Source: Candidatus Kaiserbacteria bacterium (GTDB taxonomy: Bacteria > Patescibacteriota > Minisyncoccia > Phycocordibacterales > Phycocordibacteraceae). Taken from it: DNA of 64,000 bases. Under the pieces are notes generated by a model that worked only from the letters and a program-made list of their open reading frames with translations, was not told the DNA's origin and did no database searches. Numbering within the stretch: the first letter of the stretch is position 1; the number at the start of each line of letters is the position of its first letter. This document shows, one piece after another, positions 9,714 to 19,063 of this stretch. A program made the translations under genes and the position numbers. The stretch is from assembly GCA_963813065.1 (NCBI GenBank), contig CAWEXP010000004.1, positions 7,267 through 71,266 on the forward strand, in the 5' to 3' direction.

Positions 9714-10544
9714 TTACTCCTCGGTGACGTCACCGGAATAGACACCGAACGTGTCGACCATTGTCGATTTCATTTGGTATGCCTTCTCCTTTCGGTAGTC
9801 GTAAAATGGGTCTTCGGAAATACCGAAAAACGTTTTCAACAGTCCGGCGAGGCGCTGTTTTATCTTCTTGTTACTGACATCGGCTTTGGGGTCTCCCCAA
9901 GCCACCCGACCGTCATTTTTTGCTAGAGCAAGGAGGAACGCCCATTGAACGTCGGGCTTGCCGGTTTTGTTGTTACGAAAACCCATTTCGGTAAAGTCCA
10001 CGAGGTGCATCTGTTTTCCAATCCGAACCTCTAACGTATGCCCGTCCTTGACGGTCATTATGATGTCCTCCCAGTTTGTGTTAGATGGTATCCAGCCGGG
10101 AGTACGCACACGCTTTGGATTATCTTGTTCCTCTTGCGGTCGACCCAGCGTCTTTCGCAACTCATAAAGCCACTCCAACCTCTGGGCGGTTTCCTTTCGT
10201 ATGTTGCGTAAAAGTGTTTGCGATGCCTGTGAGCGTTGGTCGCCATAGGCAAGTCCACCTTTCAGGTACGGCACGTCGTAGGATGCAGAAAAGCGCTGCG
10301 CAATGTCGCGCTGTGGATGCCGTGGCTTCGTCAGTCCTTCTTGCTGCATGTATTCCATTACTGCCACTCTCCACAAGGAAAAGCGGTTATGGACATCTAC
10401 TGCGAGAGCGGGGTTATCGGAATAGATAGCGTCGCCTTCTTGCGCCATCCGTGTTATCTCAATGCCCACTTGAATAAGGTCGTCGAGCGACTCCCATTCG
10501 ACTGGCGGCACGTGAACGACATTCTGTTTGTGAAGTTTGCTCAT
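9714..10544 (-). CDS. Hypothetical protein (276 aa) in the defense island. ATGA start/stop overlap with the upstream 264 aa gene.
   Basis: No recognisable domain. Translational coupling, rev-comp of tcat at 10541-10544. Confidence 0.5.
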   Translation of the reverse strand: MSKLHKQNVVHVPPVEWESLDDLIQVGIEITRMAQEGDAIYSDNPALAVDVHNRFSLWRVAVMEYMQQEGLTKPRHPQRDIAQRFSASYDVPYLKGGLAYGDQRSQASQTLLRNIRKETAQRLEWLYELRKTLGRPQEEQDNPKRVRTPGWIPSNTNWEDIIMTVKDGHTLEVRIGKQMHLVDFTEMGFRNNKTGKPDVQWAFLLALAKNDGRVAWGDPKADVSNKKIKQRLAGLLKTFFGISEDPFYDYRKEKAYQMKSTMVDTFGVYSGDVTEE

Positions 10545-11335
10545 GTTCTTTCGGTAGCCCGCGTCTTCGCTCCTATCATCTTGACCTGCGCCACCAACGT
10601 CTCCAAGAACCAGAGAGCATCCGCTTCTCCCGGCTCTTCGGTATTGCCGGTGTGAGCCACGCCGCTGGCATCACCCCGATACGCGTAGAGTTTTTCGAGG
10701 ACGCCTTGTTGTGCGGCAGCGACGACACCTCTATCACGGAGGACACGCAACGCTGCGGTGTAGTCCTTCTGTCCGGCAAGTGCTTTGACGTAGTCCTCCA
10801 TCGCAATAGCAAAATCCTTCACGATGTCATTTGCACTACGTCCACGTGTGAGCAGGTCATGGAGGGCACGTTGGAAGAAATCAAGCGCCTCGGCTGACTG
10901 TTCGCCAAGCGTTTTCTCTACCGCATCGACATTCTGCGCGGTCTCTTGGGGTATCACCAGAACGACCTCTCCGTTCTCGTTTATTCCGTACACGCTTCCC
11001 GCAGTCCTGAACGCGACCGCAACATCGCGCAATGTTTCGTCGTATGTCTGCTGGTACAAGTTTGCATGAACGAGATGAAGGAAAATCTCGGTTGCCTCAA
11101 ACACCTCGTCGTATGAGCCGCGACGGATGGCGTCCAGTCCTATTTTGTTGAGGCGCACACTGGTTTCGTGGTCAAGTTGTCCACGATTGAGAAAGTAGCC
11201 CTCATTACCAATCCCGATGTGGTAGCCGGTGCGAGCATCTACAATCGCTGCCAGTCGACTGCGCAAACCGTCAGATGCCTGTTCATAGCCGGAGTATTCG
11301 GTCTGTATTTTGTTGCGGGCGCGAAAGTAAGCCAT
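10541..11335 (-). CDS. Hypothetical protein (264 aa) with an Abi_C/HEPN-like C-terminal motif.
   Basis: C-terminus LEKLYAYRGDASGVAHTG...EADALWFLETLVAQVKMI resembles an Abi_C/TIGR02391-like R...AH.G motif. Weak, from memory. Confidence 0.45.
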   Translation of the reverse strand: MAYFRARNKIQTEYSGYEQASDGLRSRLAAIVDARTGYHIGIGNEGYFLNRGQLDHETSVRLNKIGLDAIRRGSYDEVFEATEIFLHLVHANLYQQTYDETLRDVAVAFRTAGSVYGINENGEVVLVIPQETAQNVDAVEKTLGEQSAEALDFFQRALHDLLTRGRSANDIVKDFAIAMEDYVKALAGQKDYTAALRVLRDRGVVAAAQQGVLEKLYAYRGDASGVAHTGNTEEPGEADALWFLETLVAQVKMIGAKTRATERT

Positions 11336-11341
11336 GGGTGG

Positions 11342-11935
11342 TCAGGCGACTTTTACTTCACGGTAATAGCCGTTCTCCTGCTTGAAGTAATAGAGTACTT
11401 CTTTGTAAGGAGTTTTGCGCTGAAACTCGTTTTTCGGCAATCCATTGAAATGGCAGTAGATGAGCGGGAAGTTGTGGTACTCGTCGCCCTCCAAGGAGAC
11501 GAAGTCAATCCATTCGTAAGGAACCTTACCTGCCGGGAATACAACGAACTCGTGCTGTGTGCTACCGCGCACTAACTCCACTGTGCCATCTTCCCGCTCA
11601 TTCGCGCCAACAGGCATGTCCATAAAAAACTCCACTCCGTCGAAACGGCACTCCTTCATTTCCGCTTTCAGGTCGACCCAGTGCTTACTGTTCACACCGG
11701 ACGGATACTCCTTTCGGTGTCGCTTGGTGTCTATAAGACGCACCTCACTTGCGTACTGCTTATAGCGTACGTTCATCTCCAACTCGCGCAGTTTCTTTTG
11801 TACGGCTTCCCGATGTTGCAACAACTGCCGCTCCGAGCGTTGTCGGGAAAGCCAGAATGTAACGAATGGAGAAATGACGGCGAGTAGTGCCAGCAGTGCC
11901 GTAATCCAAGTGTAGTTTTCATTGAACCAGTTCAT
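11342..11935 (-). CDS. Hypothetical protein (197 aa) with one N-terminal TM helix and a cytoplasmic domain.
   Basis: WITALLALLAVISPFVTFWL TM helix. Packed 6-7 nt from its neighbours. Confidence 0.45.
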   Translation of the reverse strand: MNWFNENYTWITALLALLAVISPFVTFWLSRQRSERQLLQHREAVQKKLRELEMNVRYKQYASEVRLIDTKRHRKEYPSGVNSKHWVDLKAEMKECRFDGVEFFMDMPVGANEREDGTVELVRGSTQHEFVVFPAGKVPYEWIDFVSLEGDEYHNFPLIYCHFNGLPKNEFQRKTPYKEVLYYFKQENGYYREVKVA

Positions 11936-11942
11936 AGTCTAT

Positions 11943-12281
11943 TCATCCTTTCTTGAAAATGCGCACGACGGCATCGACCACATACTTTGCCGGAGCAATA
12001 AACGCGGTGCCCGCCTTCTTCCACAGCATCTTTGTCTTCCATGGATAAGCAGTGCCGCATTTATGACAGTTGAGCGGAACATCCTGACCCCCGCCGCCAG
12101 CGATACCATCAAAGTGATGGTATCCCCGTATGTGAGCGCTACAGTGCAAACAGACATGGGTCGTTGCGCTGCCACATCGACGGCAGAACTCCTCACGTTC
12201 GGTTGGGTAGGTGTCATAGTATTCGGTGATTTGATGACCCCATCGTTTACACACCTGCATTGTGTCGTAGTGGTCGCTCAT
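11943..12281 (-). CDS. Cys/His-rich zinc-ribbon protein (112 aa).
   Basis: CRRCG...CLHCSAH...CHKCG motifs. Lies 4 nt downstream of the GmrSD-like gene. Confidence 0.4.
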   Translation of the reverse strand: MSDHYDTMQVCKRWGHQITEYYDTYPTEREEFCRRCGSATTHVCLHCSAHIRGYHHFDGIAGGGGQDVPLNCHKCGTAYPWKTKMLWKKAGTAFIAPAKYVVDAVVRIFKKG

Positions 12282-12285
12282 GAGT

Positions 12286-14073
12286 TCAATCGAGCAAATG
12301 CATCACGAATGACCTGCGCCATGCGCTTTCGACGCACTCTGTGAGGAAGTGCGGGTACTCCATGTTCTGCCACCCCTCCGGGAGCGCGTGCCAATAATAC
12401 GCTTCTTTGCGCGCCGCCTCGTCGCCATTGAAGCGGGCGAGGTATCCGGGGAAATACACGCTCGGTGGATTGTCGCTAATGTCATTGTTGTCGCCCCACT
12501 CGACGAGCGCGTAGTTAGCGACTTGGTTGATTTCTGCGAAGTCCTTTACTCCGATGCGAGCAAGGTATTTGCGCGGAAAGAGGTGGTGCCGCTCCAACGC
12601 CGCCCGCTTCTCTTTCACGCCGTCTTCCAAGAGTTGCGAGGTCGTAAGATTGGAGAAGAGGACGCGAGCACCAAGGATGTTCAGCGCTGCATAGTAAGCA
12701 AACATCGCCGGGTTGCGCGCGGCACCGCTCACGAGTCCGCTGGTCGGGAGAGTGATGTTCCAGTAGTCATCGGTGATTTCGGTTTCGATGATTTTGGAAA
12801 GAATGTTCTCCAACGTCTCGCCTCCGAACTTCGCCTCACCAAAACGGGCAGAGCCGAAAAGCGCACGTCCGCGCTGGATAGCGCCGAGGTCTTCCTCCAT
12901 TTGGGTCTCTGCTGATTTGGTGTACCGACCGGTAAGTGAGATGAAGAAGAACCAGCGCGCAATAAGTTTTCGTAGCGACGGTGCCTCCATGTTGAAGTCG
13001 TATTTCCCTATGAGGAAGAGCGTGTAGGCGTACATGATGTTGTACGAAGAAGTAATCATGCCGCCGCGTGTGTACCCCGCTTCTTTGAGTGCTTTGAGGA
13101 ACTCGTGCCAGTTGTTGAGGTTGAGGGTCTTCTCTTGCGTCTCCTTCAGGATGGCGAACTGCTCTTCGCGTCGCTCGTTGCTGAACTCTTCGGTCTTCAG
13201 GTCTTTCCCGCGCAGGATGCTGTAAGCGTATTTCAGGCGGGCACGGTTGAAACCAAAACCGACAGCGACACGAAGCATCTGGTCTGGGTCGGGCTGGAAA
13301 ATGTAGTTGAAGGGTGTCGCGTGTCCTTCTGCGGGTATGCGGGCAGCACGAGCGAAGTTCTCCAACGCGAAACGCCCCTCATCCCAGAACACAGACATGA
13401 GAGTGAGCACGAAGTCCGTCTCTTTGAGACGTTTCCCTTTGCTGTTGATGCGCACGAAAATCTGTGCCACTTCTTCCTCGGATGCGGTTGAAGAGATTTC
13501 GAGTACCGAAAAGAGGAAGTGCTCCAAGCCGCGTAACTTCCCAATGGCATCCGCTGCTTTATTCTCTTCTTCGCTGGTAAGTCCGCGTGTCGAGCGCAGT
13601 TTCTCCAAGTAATCATTTGTGAAGCGGTTGAAGTTCTCGGTGCCCCATACTTCTGCAATGTCTTGAATGTATGCGGGGTCGTTTTTCGTGCTGGCGTCGG
13701 GCACAACGAACAGTTCTTCAACCGGATTGAAGGCGATGACGACCCTCTCTTTCTCGTAGTCTTCGCGGACAATCTCTTTACCCTTCACAACCGCGAAAAG
13801 CGATGTGAGGCGCTGCTGACCATCCACAATGAGGAAACGCGGAATGTGGTGCTTTGCCTCATCGCCGATGGTCTTGGTGTTGGCTTGATGGACATTCTCC
13901 CAGAAAAGCAGGTGCCCTATCGGGTAGCCACGGTACATACTGTCGAACAGGTCGCGGACTTGGGTGTTCTTCCAGACAAACGGTCGCTGAATGTCAGGCA
14001 AGCCAATGACGCCTCGGTCGATGTCTTCGATGAGACCCATCAGTCGATACTCTGTGCTCTTGAAGAGTGCCAT
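12286..14073 (-). CDS. GmrSD-like type IV restriction/defense nuclease (DUF262 ParB-like N-terminal domain plus DUF1524 His-Me finger C-terminal domain).
   Basis: DGQQRLTSL motif (DUF262). C-terminus ERHHLFPRKYL...NYALVEW (DUF1524-like). 595 aa. Confidence 0.75.
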   Translation of the reverse strand: MALFKSTEYRLMGLIEDIDRGVIGLPDIQRPFVWKNTQVRDLFDSMYRGYPIGHLLFWENVHQANTKTIGDEAKHHIPRFLIVDGQQRLTSLFAVVKGKEIVREDYEKERVVIAFNPVEELFVVPDASTKNDPAYIQDIAEVWGTENFNRFTNDYLEKLRSTRGLTSEEENKAADAIGKLRGLEHFLFSVLEISSTASEEEVAQIFVRINSKGKRLKETDFVLTLMSVFWDEGRFALENFARAARIPAEGHATPFNYIFQPDPDQMLRVAVGFGFNRARLKYAYSILRGKDLKTEEFSNERREEQFAILKETQEKTLNLNNWHEFLKALKEAGYTRGGMITSSYNIMYAYTLFLIGKYDFNMEAPSLRKLIARWFFFISLTGRYTKSAETQMEEDLGAIQRGRALFGSARFGEAKFGGETLENILSKIIETEITDDYWNITLPTSGLVSGAARNPAMFAYYAALNILGARVLFSNLTTSQLLEDGVKEKRAALERHHLFPRKYLARIGVKDFAEINQVANYALVEWGDNNDISDNPPSVYFPGYLARFNGDEAARKEAYYWHALPEGWQNMEYPHFLTECVESAWRRSFVMHLLD

Positions 14074-14088
14074 ACCTAGTATTATCTC

Positions 14089-15378
14089 CTACTTCTGACC
14101 CTCAATAAGAGGCACGTTCTCTGTAGCAATCTTTGATGGCAATCGGGGTTCTTCGTCAATGGTTTGCACCGTCTCTGCTTCGATTTGGAGTCGCCCGCCC
14201 AGATTGTCTATCACCTCTATTTTCGGCATCACACGCGAGTCCCACGAGTTCGCAGCGCTGTTGAACTTCTCGGTCGCTTTGGAGAGCGAACTACCGATAC
14301 CAACGAAGTGCCCAATGAACGCTTTGAGCCGGGCACCGAGGTCGATGACCTCCGTTGCCAACTTCGATGCGTTCTCAACTGACTTGTGTTGCCGCCATGC
14401 GTGCGCGATGAGAAGAATGAGTGGCATGATGGTCGCCGGACTGGCGAGCATGACTTTCTTCTCCTGTGCTTCGCGGTACAGGTTGGTATCGTGCTCGAAC
14501 ACGGCTCGTATCGCCGCTTCACCGGGTACGAACATAACGACGTATGGGATACGCTCGTCGAGATGCTTTTGGTATTCCTTACTCGAAAGGGCTTTGATGT
14601 GCCCACGGAGGTTCTGCGCGAACTTGCTCAAATGTTCCTGCTTCTTCTCTTCGTCCTTCTCTTCGACTGCCTTGAAAAACTCTTCCAGCCCTGCCTTGGA
14701 GTCGATAGCCAACTGCAAGCCGCCCGGAAGGTTTACCACCACGTCTGGACGCAAACGCTCGGCTTCGTCGTTCGTAAGGGTCTCTTGAATGTGGAAGTCG
14801 ATACCTTCCGTGAGTCCTGACTCTTCGAGGAGGTTCTTCAGTACCGTCTCGCCCCAACGACCGCGCACAGCGCTTGCGGACGAAAGCACTGTTTTGAGTG
14901 ATGTCGCCGACTCCTGCATCTTCACACCGGCGTCGAGGACGTTCTTGATGCTCTCGCCGAGTGCACCGAACTGCTCGCCACGCTCCTTTTCGAGGGCGCT
15001 TATCTTCTTCTCTACGGTTTCGATAGACTTGTTGACGCCTTCGGCGATTTTCTCGAAGCCCTTTTCCTTGCTCTCGATTGCTTGGGTATGTGATTTCTGT
15101 ACGCGCTCGAACTCCGAGAGAAAGTCCTTGGAGTGCTCGCGCATAACATCTCCGGCAATCGCCTTGAACCGCGCTTCCAGTTGCCCGACATCTTTCGACC
15201 GCTCTTCGAGAGCGCGTTTCTCCACGGCGATTTCTTGGTCTTTCGCGCGAAGTTCTACATCCTTTGCTTGGATTGCGGCGTTCTTCTCGACAAGTGCCTG
15301 CTTGCTCTTGGAGGAAGCGATGAAATACCCCGCTCCGCCCCCGATTGCCAACGCGATGATGAACCAGAAGTATTCCAT
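14089..15378 (-). CDS. rmuC: DNA recombination protein RmuC.
   Basis: N-terminal TM (MEYFWFIIALAIGGGAGYF), long coiled coil and RmuC nuclease-like C-terminus. The ORF-track N-terminal extension to 16293 is an artifact overlapping hsdR. Confidence 0.8.
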   Translation of the reverse strand: MEYFWFIIALAIGGGAGYFIASSKSKQALVEKNAAIQAKDVELRAKDQEIAVEKRALEERSKDVGQLEARFKAIAGDVMREHSKDFLSEFERVQKSHTQAIESKEKGFEKIAEGVNKSIETVEKKISALEKERGEQFGALGESIKNVLDAGVKMQESATSLKTVLSSASAVRGRWGETVLKNLLEESGLTEGIDFHIQETLTNDEAERLRPDVVVNLPGGLQLAIDSKAGLEEFFKAVEEKDEEKKQEHLSKFAQNLRGHIKALSSKEYQKHLDERIPYVVMFVPGEAAIRAVFEHDTNLYREAQEKKVMLASPATIMPLILLIAHAWRQHKSVENASKLATEVIDLGARLKAFIGHFVGIGSSLSKATEKFNSAANSWDSRVMPKIEVIDNLGGRLQIEAETVQTIDEEPRLPSKIATENVPLIEGQK

Positions 15379-15398
15379 GATGTTATAGGTTATCTCTG

Positions 15399-17861
15399 CT
15401 AATCTTTGCCACCGAACGCGTACACCCGCTCCTTCAGCCCGCGCACGAAGCCGAAGAGACCCTCTGGGTACTTCGCTTGGATGATTTCCTTCTTCGCGTT
15501 CATGTTGGGCAGGAGGAACGCCTCCGACGAGAGGTTCTCTTCGCCGCCGCTCTTGTACTTCTCCATGATGTCGCGGATGGCTTCGCCGATGTCTTTGCCG
15601 TAGTGGTCGAGCATCTGGGCATTGGCACGCATGAACTGCTTGACGCGGTCTTCGCGGGTCAGGAGCGGAGCATCGAAGGCGATGTGGGCTATCACGTCGA
15701 AGGCGTCGCTGTCCTCCAAGTTCTCGATGGACTTGATGAGCGGGATGTTGACGCGCTTCGCCTCCAAGTCCGCGATAAGGCGCTCGCGCTTCTCCGGGTC
15801 GAGCCAGACCGCACGCAGTTCGTCGGTCGTGTGCACCATCTCGGCTATCTTCTCGCCGGAGTATTTGCGATACTCCGCCTTCGAGAGTTTTATGCCGTCG
15901 AACTCTATTTCTATTTCCTCGTCGACCGTAACTACGATGCCTTTGACGGTTATCTTCTTCGGCGCACCCTTGAGCGGCTTCAAGCGGAACTCGTACGGCG
16001 TTTCCTCCTCGGACTTGTGCGGTTCGAGACGCTTGGAGAGACCTTTGTAGTCCGCGTGCTCGACGCGTACCGTAACCTCGTCGTTCGAGGGCAGACCGAA
16101 AATCTTGAAGAAGCCGTCGGCGTCCGTCTTGCCAATCTTCTCCCAGCGTCCCAGTTTGACCTTCACCACAGCACTCGCCACGTGCTCCTCGGTCTTGTTG
16201 TCGACTACGATGCCGGTAATCAGTTTGTCGAAGGGCGCTATCGGCTCCGCCGGAGGCGTAGGCGGTGCTGGCGGCTTCGGTGCAACGTCCCACTCGTCCA
16301 AGAGCCGGGTCGCATTGGTGAAGTCAATGATGCGGAAGAAACCCTTGCCCTCGAAGAGCCGTGAGCCGCGCCCCATAATCTGCTTGAAGAGCACGCGCGA
16401 GGCGATGGGGCGCATGAACACGATGTTCTGCACGTGCGGGATGTCCACGCCGGTCGAGAGCAGGTCGACCGTCGTAGCGATGACCGGCATCGGGCGCTCC
16501 TTGTCGCGGAAGAGCGTGAGGTCGTCCTTGTCCTCCGCCACGACACGCGCGGCGTAGTCCTCGCGCCCCTTCAGTTCGTTCAGTTTGTCCTTCACTGCTT
16601 GCGCGTGCGCCATGTCGACACAGAAGACAATGGTCTTGCCGTACTTGTTCGTATCGTCGAGTACCTCGATGACCTTCTGCGAGAGCAGGTCTATCTGTTC
16701 GGGGATGGTAACGGCGCGTTCGTACTCGGAGGGTTCGTAGAAGTCCTTGATGTCCTCCGGCTCGACTTCGTCGTCGTAGATAACCTCTTCTGCCGCAGCG
16801 ACGGAAAGACCCTTGCGATAGAGGTTCGTGGTTACCTTGTAGATTTTATACGGCACGAGATAGCCGTCTTGGATTGCTTCTCCGAGAGAGTATTGGAAGA
16901 CCGGCTCGCCGAAGTAGTCGTACACGTCGATGTTGTCTTCGCGCCGCGGCGTCGCGGTCATGCCGAGTTGCGCTGCACCACCGAAGTGCTCCAAGATGTC
17001 GCCCCAGTCGCCGTAGCGGGAGCGATGGCACTCGTCGATGATAACGAGGTCGAAGAAGTCGGAGGGTATCTGCTTGTACAGGTCGCCTGCGAAGAGCGTC
17101 TGGTACGTGGCGAAGTAGATGTCGCGGTTGCGGTTGAAGTCGCCGCCCTCTATCTTGGCGCGCGCCTCACCGAACGGCTCGAAGTCGCGGCTGTAGGCGT
17201 CATCGCGCAGGATGATGCGGTCGCAGAGGAAGAGCACGCGGTGTATGGACTTCGATTTGACGAGTTTCCAGACAATCTGGAAGGCAGTGAAGGTCTTGCC
17301 GGTGCCGGTCGCCATCGTGAGAAGCGTCGTCTTCTTGCCCTTGGTGATGTTCTCGACGACCGCCTTTATCGCGGTCTCCTGATACGCACGCGGGCGCTTC
17401 GTGCCGCTCACGTGGAGTGGGTATTCGAGCGCGGAGAGGTTCTTGTCTTCAAGCCCTTTCCACTCTACGTATGCCTTGAACATCTCTTCAGGCGAGAGGA
17501 AGGATGAGACCTCCTCCGGGGCTTTCATCGTGCGACGGTCGTAGAGGTACGTGGTCTTGCCGTTGGAGATGTACGCGAAGGGCACGTCGAGGCGCTGCGC
17601 GTAGTCCTGCACCTGCGTCATGTGCTTCATCGGGTCTTCGTCCTCCGCCTTCGCTTCGAGCACCGCTACTGTTACGTTCTGGTAGATGAGGACGTAGTCG
17701 GCGAAGAGCGCCGTGGGCAGGCGCTTGTATTCCTCGCCTTCGACGTAGAAGCGGTCGTCGGAAATGGGATAGTTGCGGAGCAGATACTCCTCTTTCCACC
17801 CGGCATCATGTATCTGCGGGTCGATGAGTTTTACGCGCGTGTCGTCTTCGGAGTAAGCCAT
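15399..17861 (-). CDS. hsdR: Type I restriction enzyme R subunit HsdR. Carries an inserted carboxypeptidase-regulatory-like beta-sandwich domain and an EcoEI_R_C-like C-terminus.
   Basis: TMATGTGKT Walker A. IIDECHRS DEAH box. ITGIVVDNKTEEHV...TDADGFFKIFGLP CarbopepD_reg-like segment. C-terminal ELRAVWLDPEKRERL... Confidence 0.9.
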   Translation of the reverse strand: MAYSEDDTRVKLIDPQIHDAGWKEEYLLRNYPISDDRFYVEGEEYKRLPTALFADYVLIYQNVTVAVLEAKAEDEDPMKHMTQVQDYAQRLDVPFAYISNGKTTYLYDRRTMKAPEEVSSFLSPEEMFKAYVEWKGLEDKNLSALEYPLHVSGTKRPRAYQETAIKAVVENITKGKKTTLLTMATGTGKTFTAFQIVWKLVKSKSIHRVLFLCDRIILRDDAYSRDFEPFGEARAKIEGGDFNRNRDIYFATYQTLFAGDLYKQIPSDFFDLVIIDECHRSRYGDWGDILEHFGGAAQLGMTATPRREDNIDVYDYFGEPVFQYSLGEAIQDGYLVPYKIYKVTTNLYRKGLSVAAAEEVIYDDEVEPEDIKDFYEPSEYERAVTIPEQIDLLSQKVIEVLDDTNKYGKTIVFCVDMAHAQAVKDKLNELKGREDYAARVVAEDKDDLTLFRDKERPMPVIATTVDLLSTGVDIPHVQNIVFMRPIASRVLFKQIMGRGSRLFEGKGFFRIIDFTNATRLLDEWDVAPKPPAPPTPPAEPIAPFDKLITGIVVDNKTEEHVASAVVKVKLGRWEKIGKTDADGFFKIFGLPSNDEVTVRVEHADYKGLSKRLEPHKSEEETPYEFRLKPLKGAPKKITVKGIVVTVDEEIEIEFDGIKLSKAEYRKYSGEKIAEMVHTTDELRAVWLDPEKRERLIADLEAKRVNIPLIKSIENLEDSDAFDVIAHIAFDAPLLTREDRVKQFMRANAQMLDHYGKDIGEAIRDIMEKYKSGGEENLSSEAFLLPNMNAKKEIIQAKYPEGLFGFVRGLKERVYAFGGKD

Positions 17862-17863
17862 AG

Positions 17864-19063
17864 TTATGTTTGCATAGCGAACGATTGGTTGAGCACCGAG
17901 GAGCGCAAAGCGGTGAAATGTTCCTGTTGCCTATCAAACAGTTGTTCGATTTGGTTTGTTGTGGAGGTCATCTTCTCCAACTCATCGGCAAGCCGTTCTT
18001 GTTCTTTGAGGTCAGGTTCGCCATTCTTCATCGGTATTCCCAGTTTTACTTTCACGAGGTCGGTTTTGGTTATGTGGCGCAGCCCAGCCCCTCCGTGCGA
18101 GTTGGCTATCATCTCATCGAGTTTTTCATTGACCGCGTACTTCAAGTACCTGCGAGAAAGCAGGTCTGTTTTCGGAACGGCGTTGAAGATGTGCTGATTG
18201 AGTATCGCCTTGCCTCTGCTCCAAATAAATGCGCCAAAGGATGTGCCGGGTGTTCCTGACCATGCAATCAACAGGTCTCCGGTGTCTATCAAGAAGCGCT
18301 CTTCAACTGGATGCTCGTAGTGGTTGTATTTTGCGTCAGGGTTATTGAGGTTCTGTATCCGAACAATCGGCAATCCTTTCGCTGACCAATCGGTCTCCTT
18401 GAACGCCCGACCATTTTGCAGGTCAAGCACTTCTCCGAGTGCTATTTCAGCAAAGTCAGGTCTCTGCAAGAGTTCTCTCGCAACGCCAAAACCCAAGGAC
18501 TTTGCCAGCCGTTCGTTGGCTTCGTTTGTACGCACACCTTTTTCTACCTCTGCAAAAACCATTTCTAATCTGTCCGCGATGCGTTTCTGCTCGGCGAGGT
18601 CGGGTTTGCCGTTCGAGAACGGAATGGAAATCTCGATTTCGTTGAGTAGTTCGCGATTGAGAGCCGGGTATTGCGCACCCTGTGTCAAAGCGGTCGTCTG
18701 GTCAACGAAACCATCTGATAACGCGCAATAGAGCAGAAAGCGAGGTTCGAGGTCTGACGACTTCTCTATAACAAAGAAGCCAGTTGATGCGATGGCACCG
18801 TCGTACTCCTTCGGCACTACAGCAAATCCACGCAAATAAGGTCTCACGCTGGCAATCAGTAAATCGCCTTCTCGTACTACTCTACGCGCCCTCGAAGGAG
18901 CGTTTGAGCGGGAGAGTGTTTTTGGGTTCACAACTGTACCGCCCTTCACCGCATCGATGTCGATGTACGTAAACTGCGCAGGCAAATCACCCGGACTTAT
19001 TGAGTGGGTGTTTATTGAGAAGAGCGTGCTTCCGAGTTTTTCTTTACGCCATTCCATACTCAT
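17864..19063 (-). CDS. hsdS: Type I R-M specificity subunit HsdS (two target-recognition domains).
   Basis: Duplicated TRD architecture with conserved central and distal coiled regions. 4 nt overlap with hsdM. Confidence 0.9.
   Translation of the reverse strand: MSMEWRKEKLGSTLFSINTHSISPGDLPAQFTYIDIDAVKGGTVVNPKTLSRSNAPSRARRVVREGDLLIASVRPYLRGFAVVPKEYDGAIASTGFFVIEKSSDLEPRFLLYCALSDGFVDQTTALTQGAQYPALNRELLNEIEISIPFSNGKPDLAEQKRIADRLEMVFAEVEKGVRTNEANERLAKSLGFGVARELLQRPDFAEIALGEVLDLQNGRAFKETDWSAKGLPIVRIQNLNNPDAKYNHYEHPVEERFLIDTGDLLIAWSGTPGTSFGAFIWSRGKAILNQHIFNAVPKTDLLSRRYLKYAVNEKLDEMIANSHGGAGLRHITKTDLVKVKLGIPMKNGEPDLKEQERLADELEKMTSTTNQIEQLFDRQQEHFTALRSSVLNQSFAMQT

Noticed and set aside
14089-16293. 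734 aa ORF with an approx 300 aa Arg-rich N-terminal extension upstream of RmuC
   Set aside because: The extension is the antisense strand of the hsdR 3' end and is low-complexity. The genuine RmuC start is MEYFWF at 15378, with TM helix and homology beginning there.
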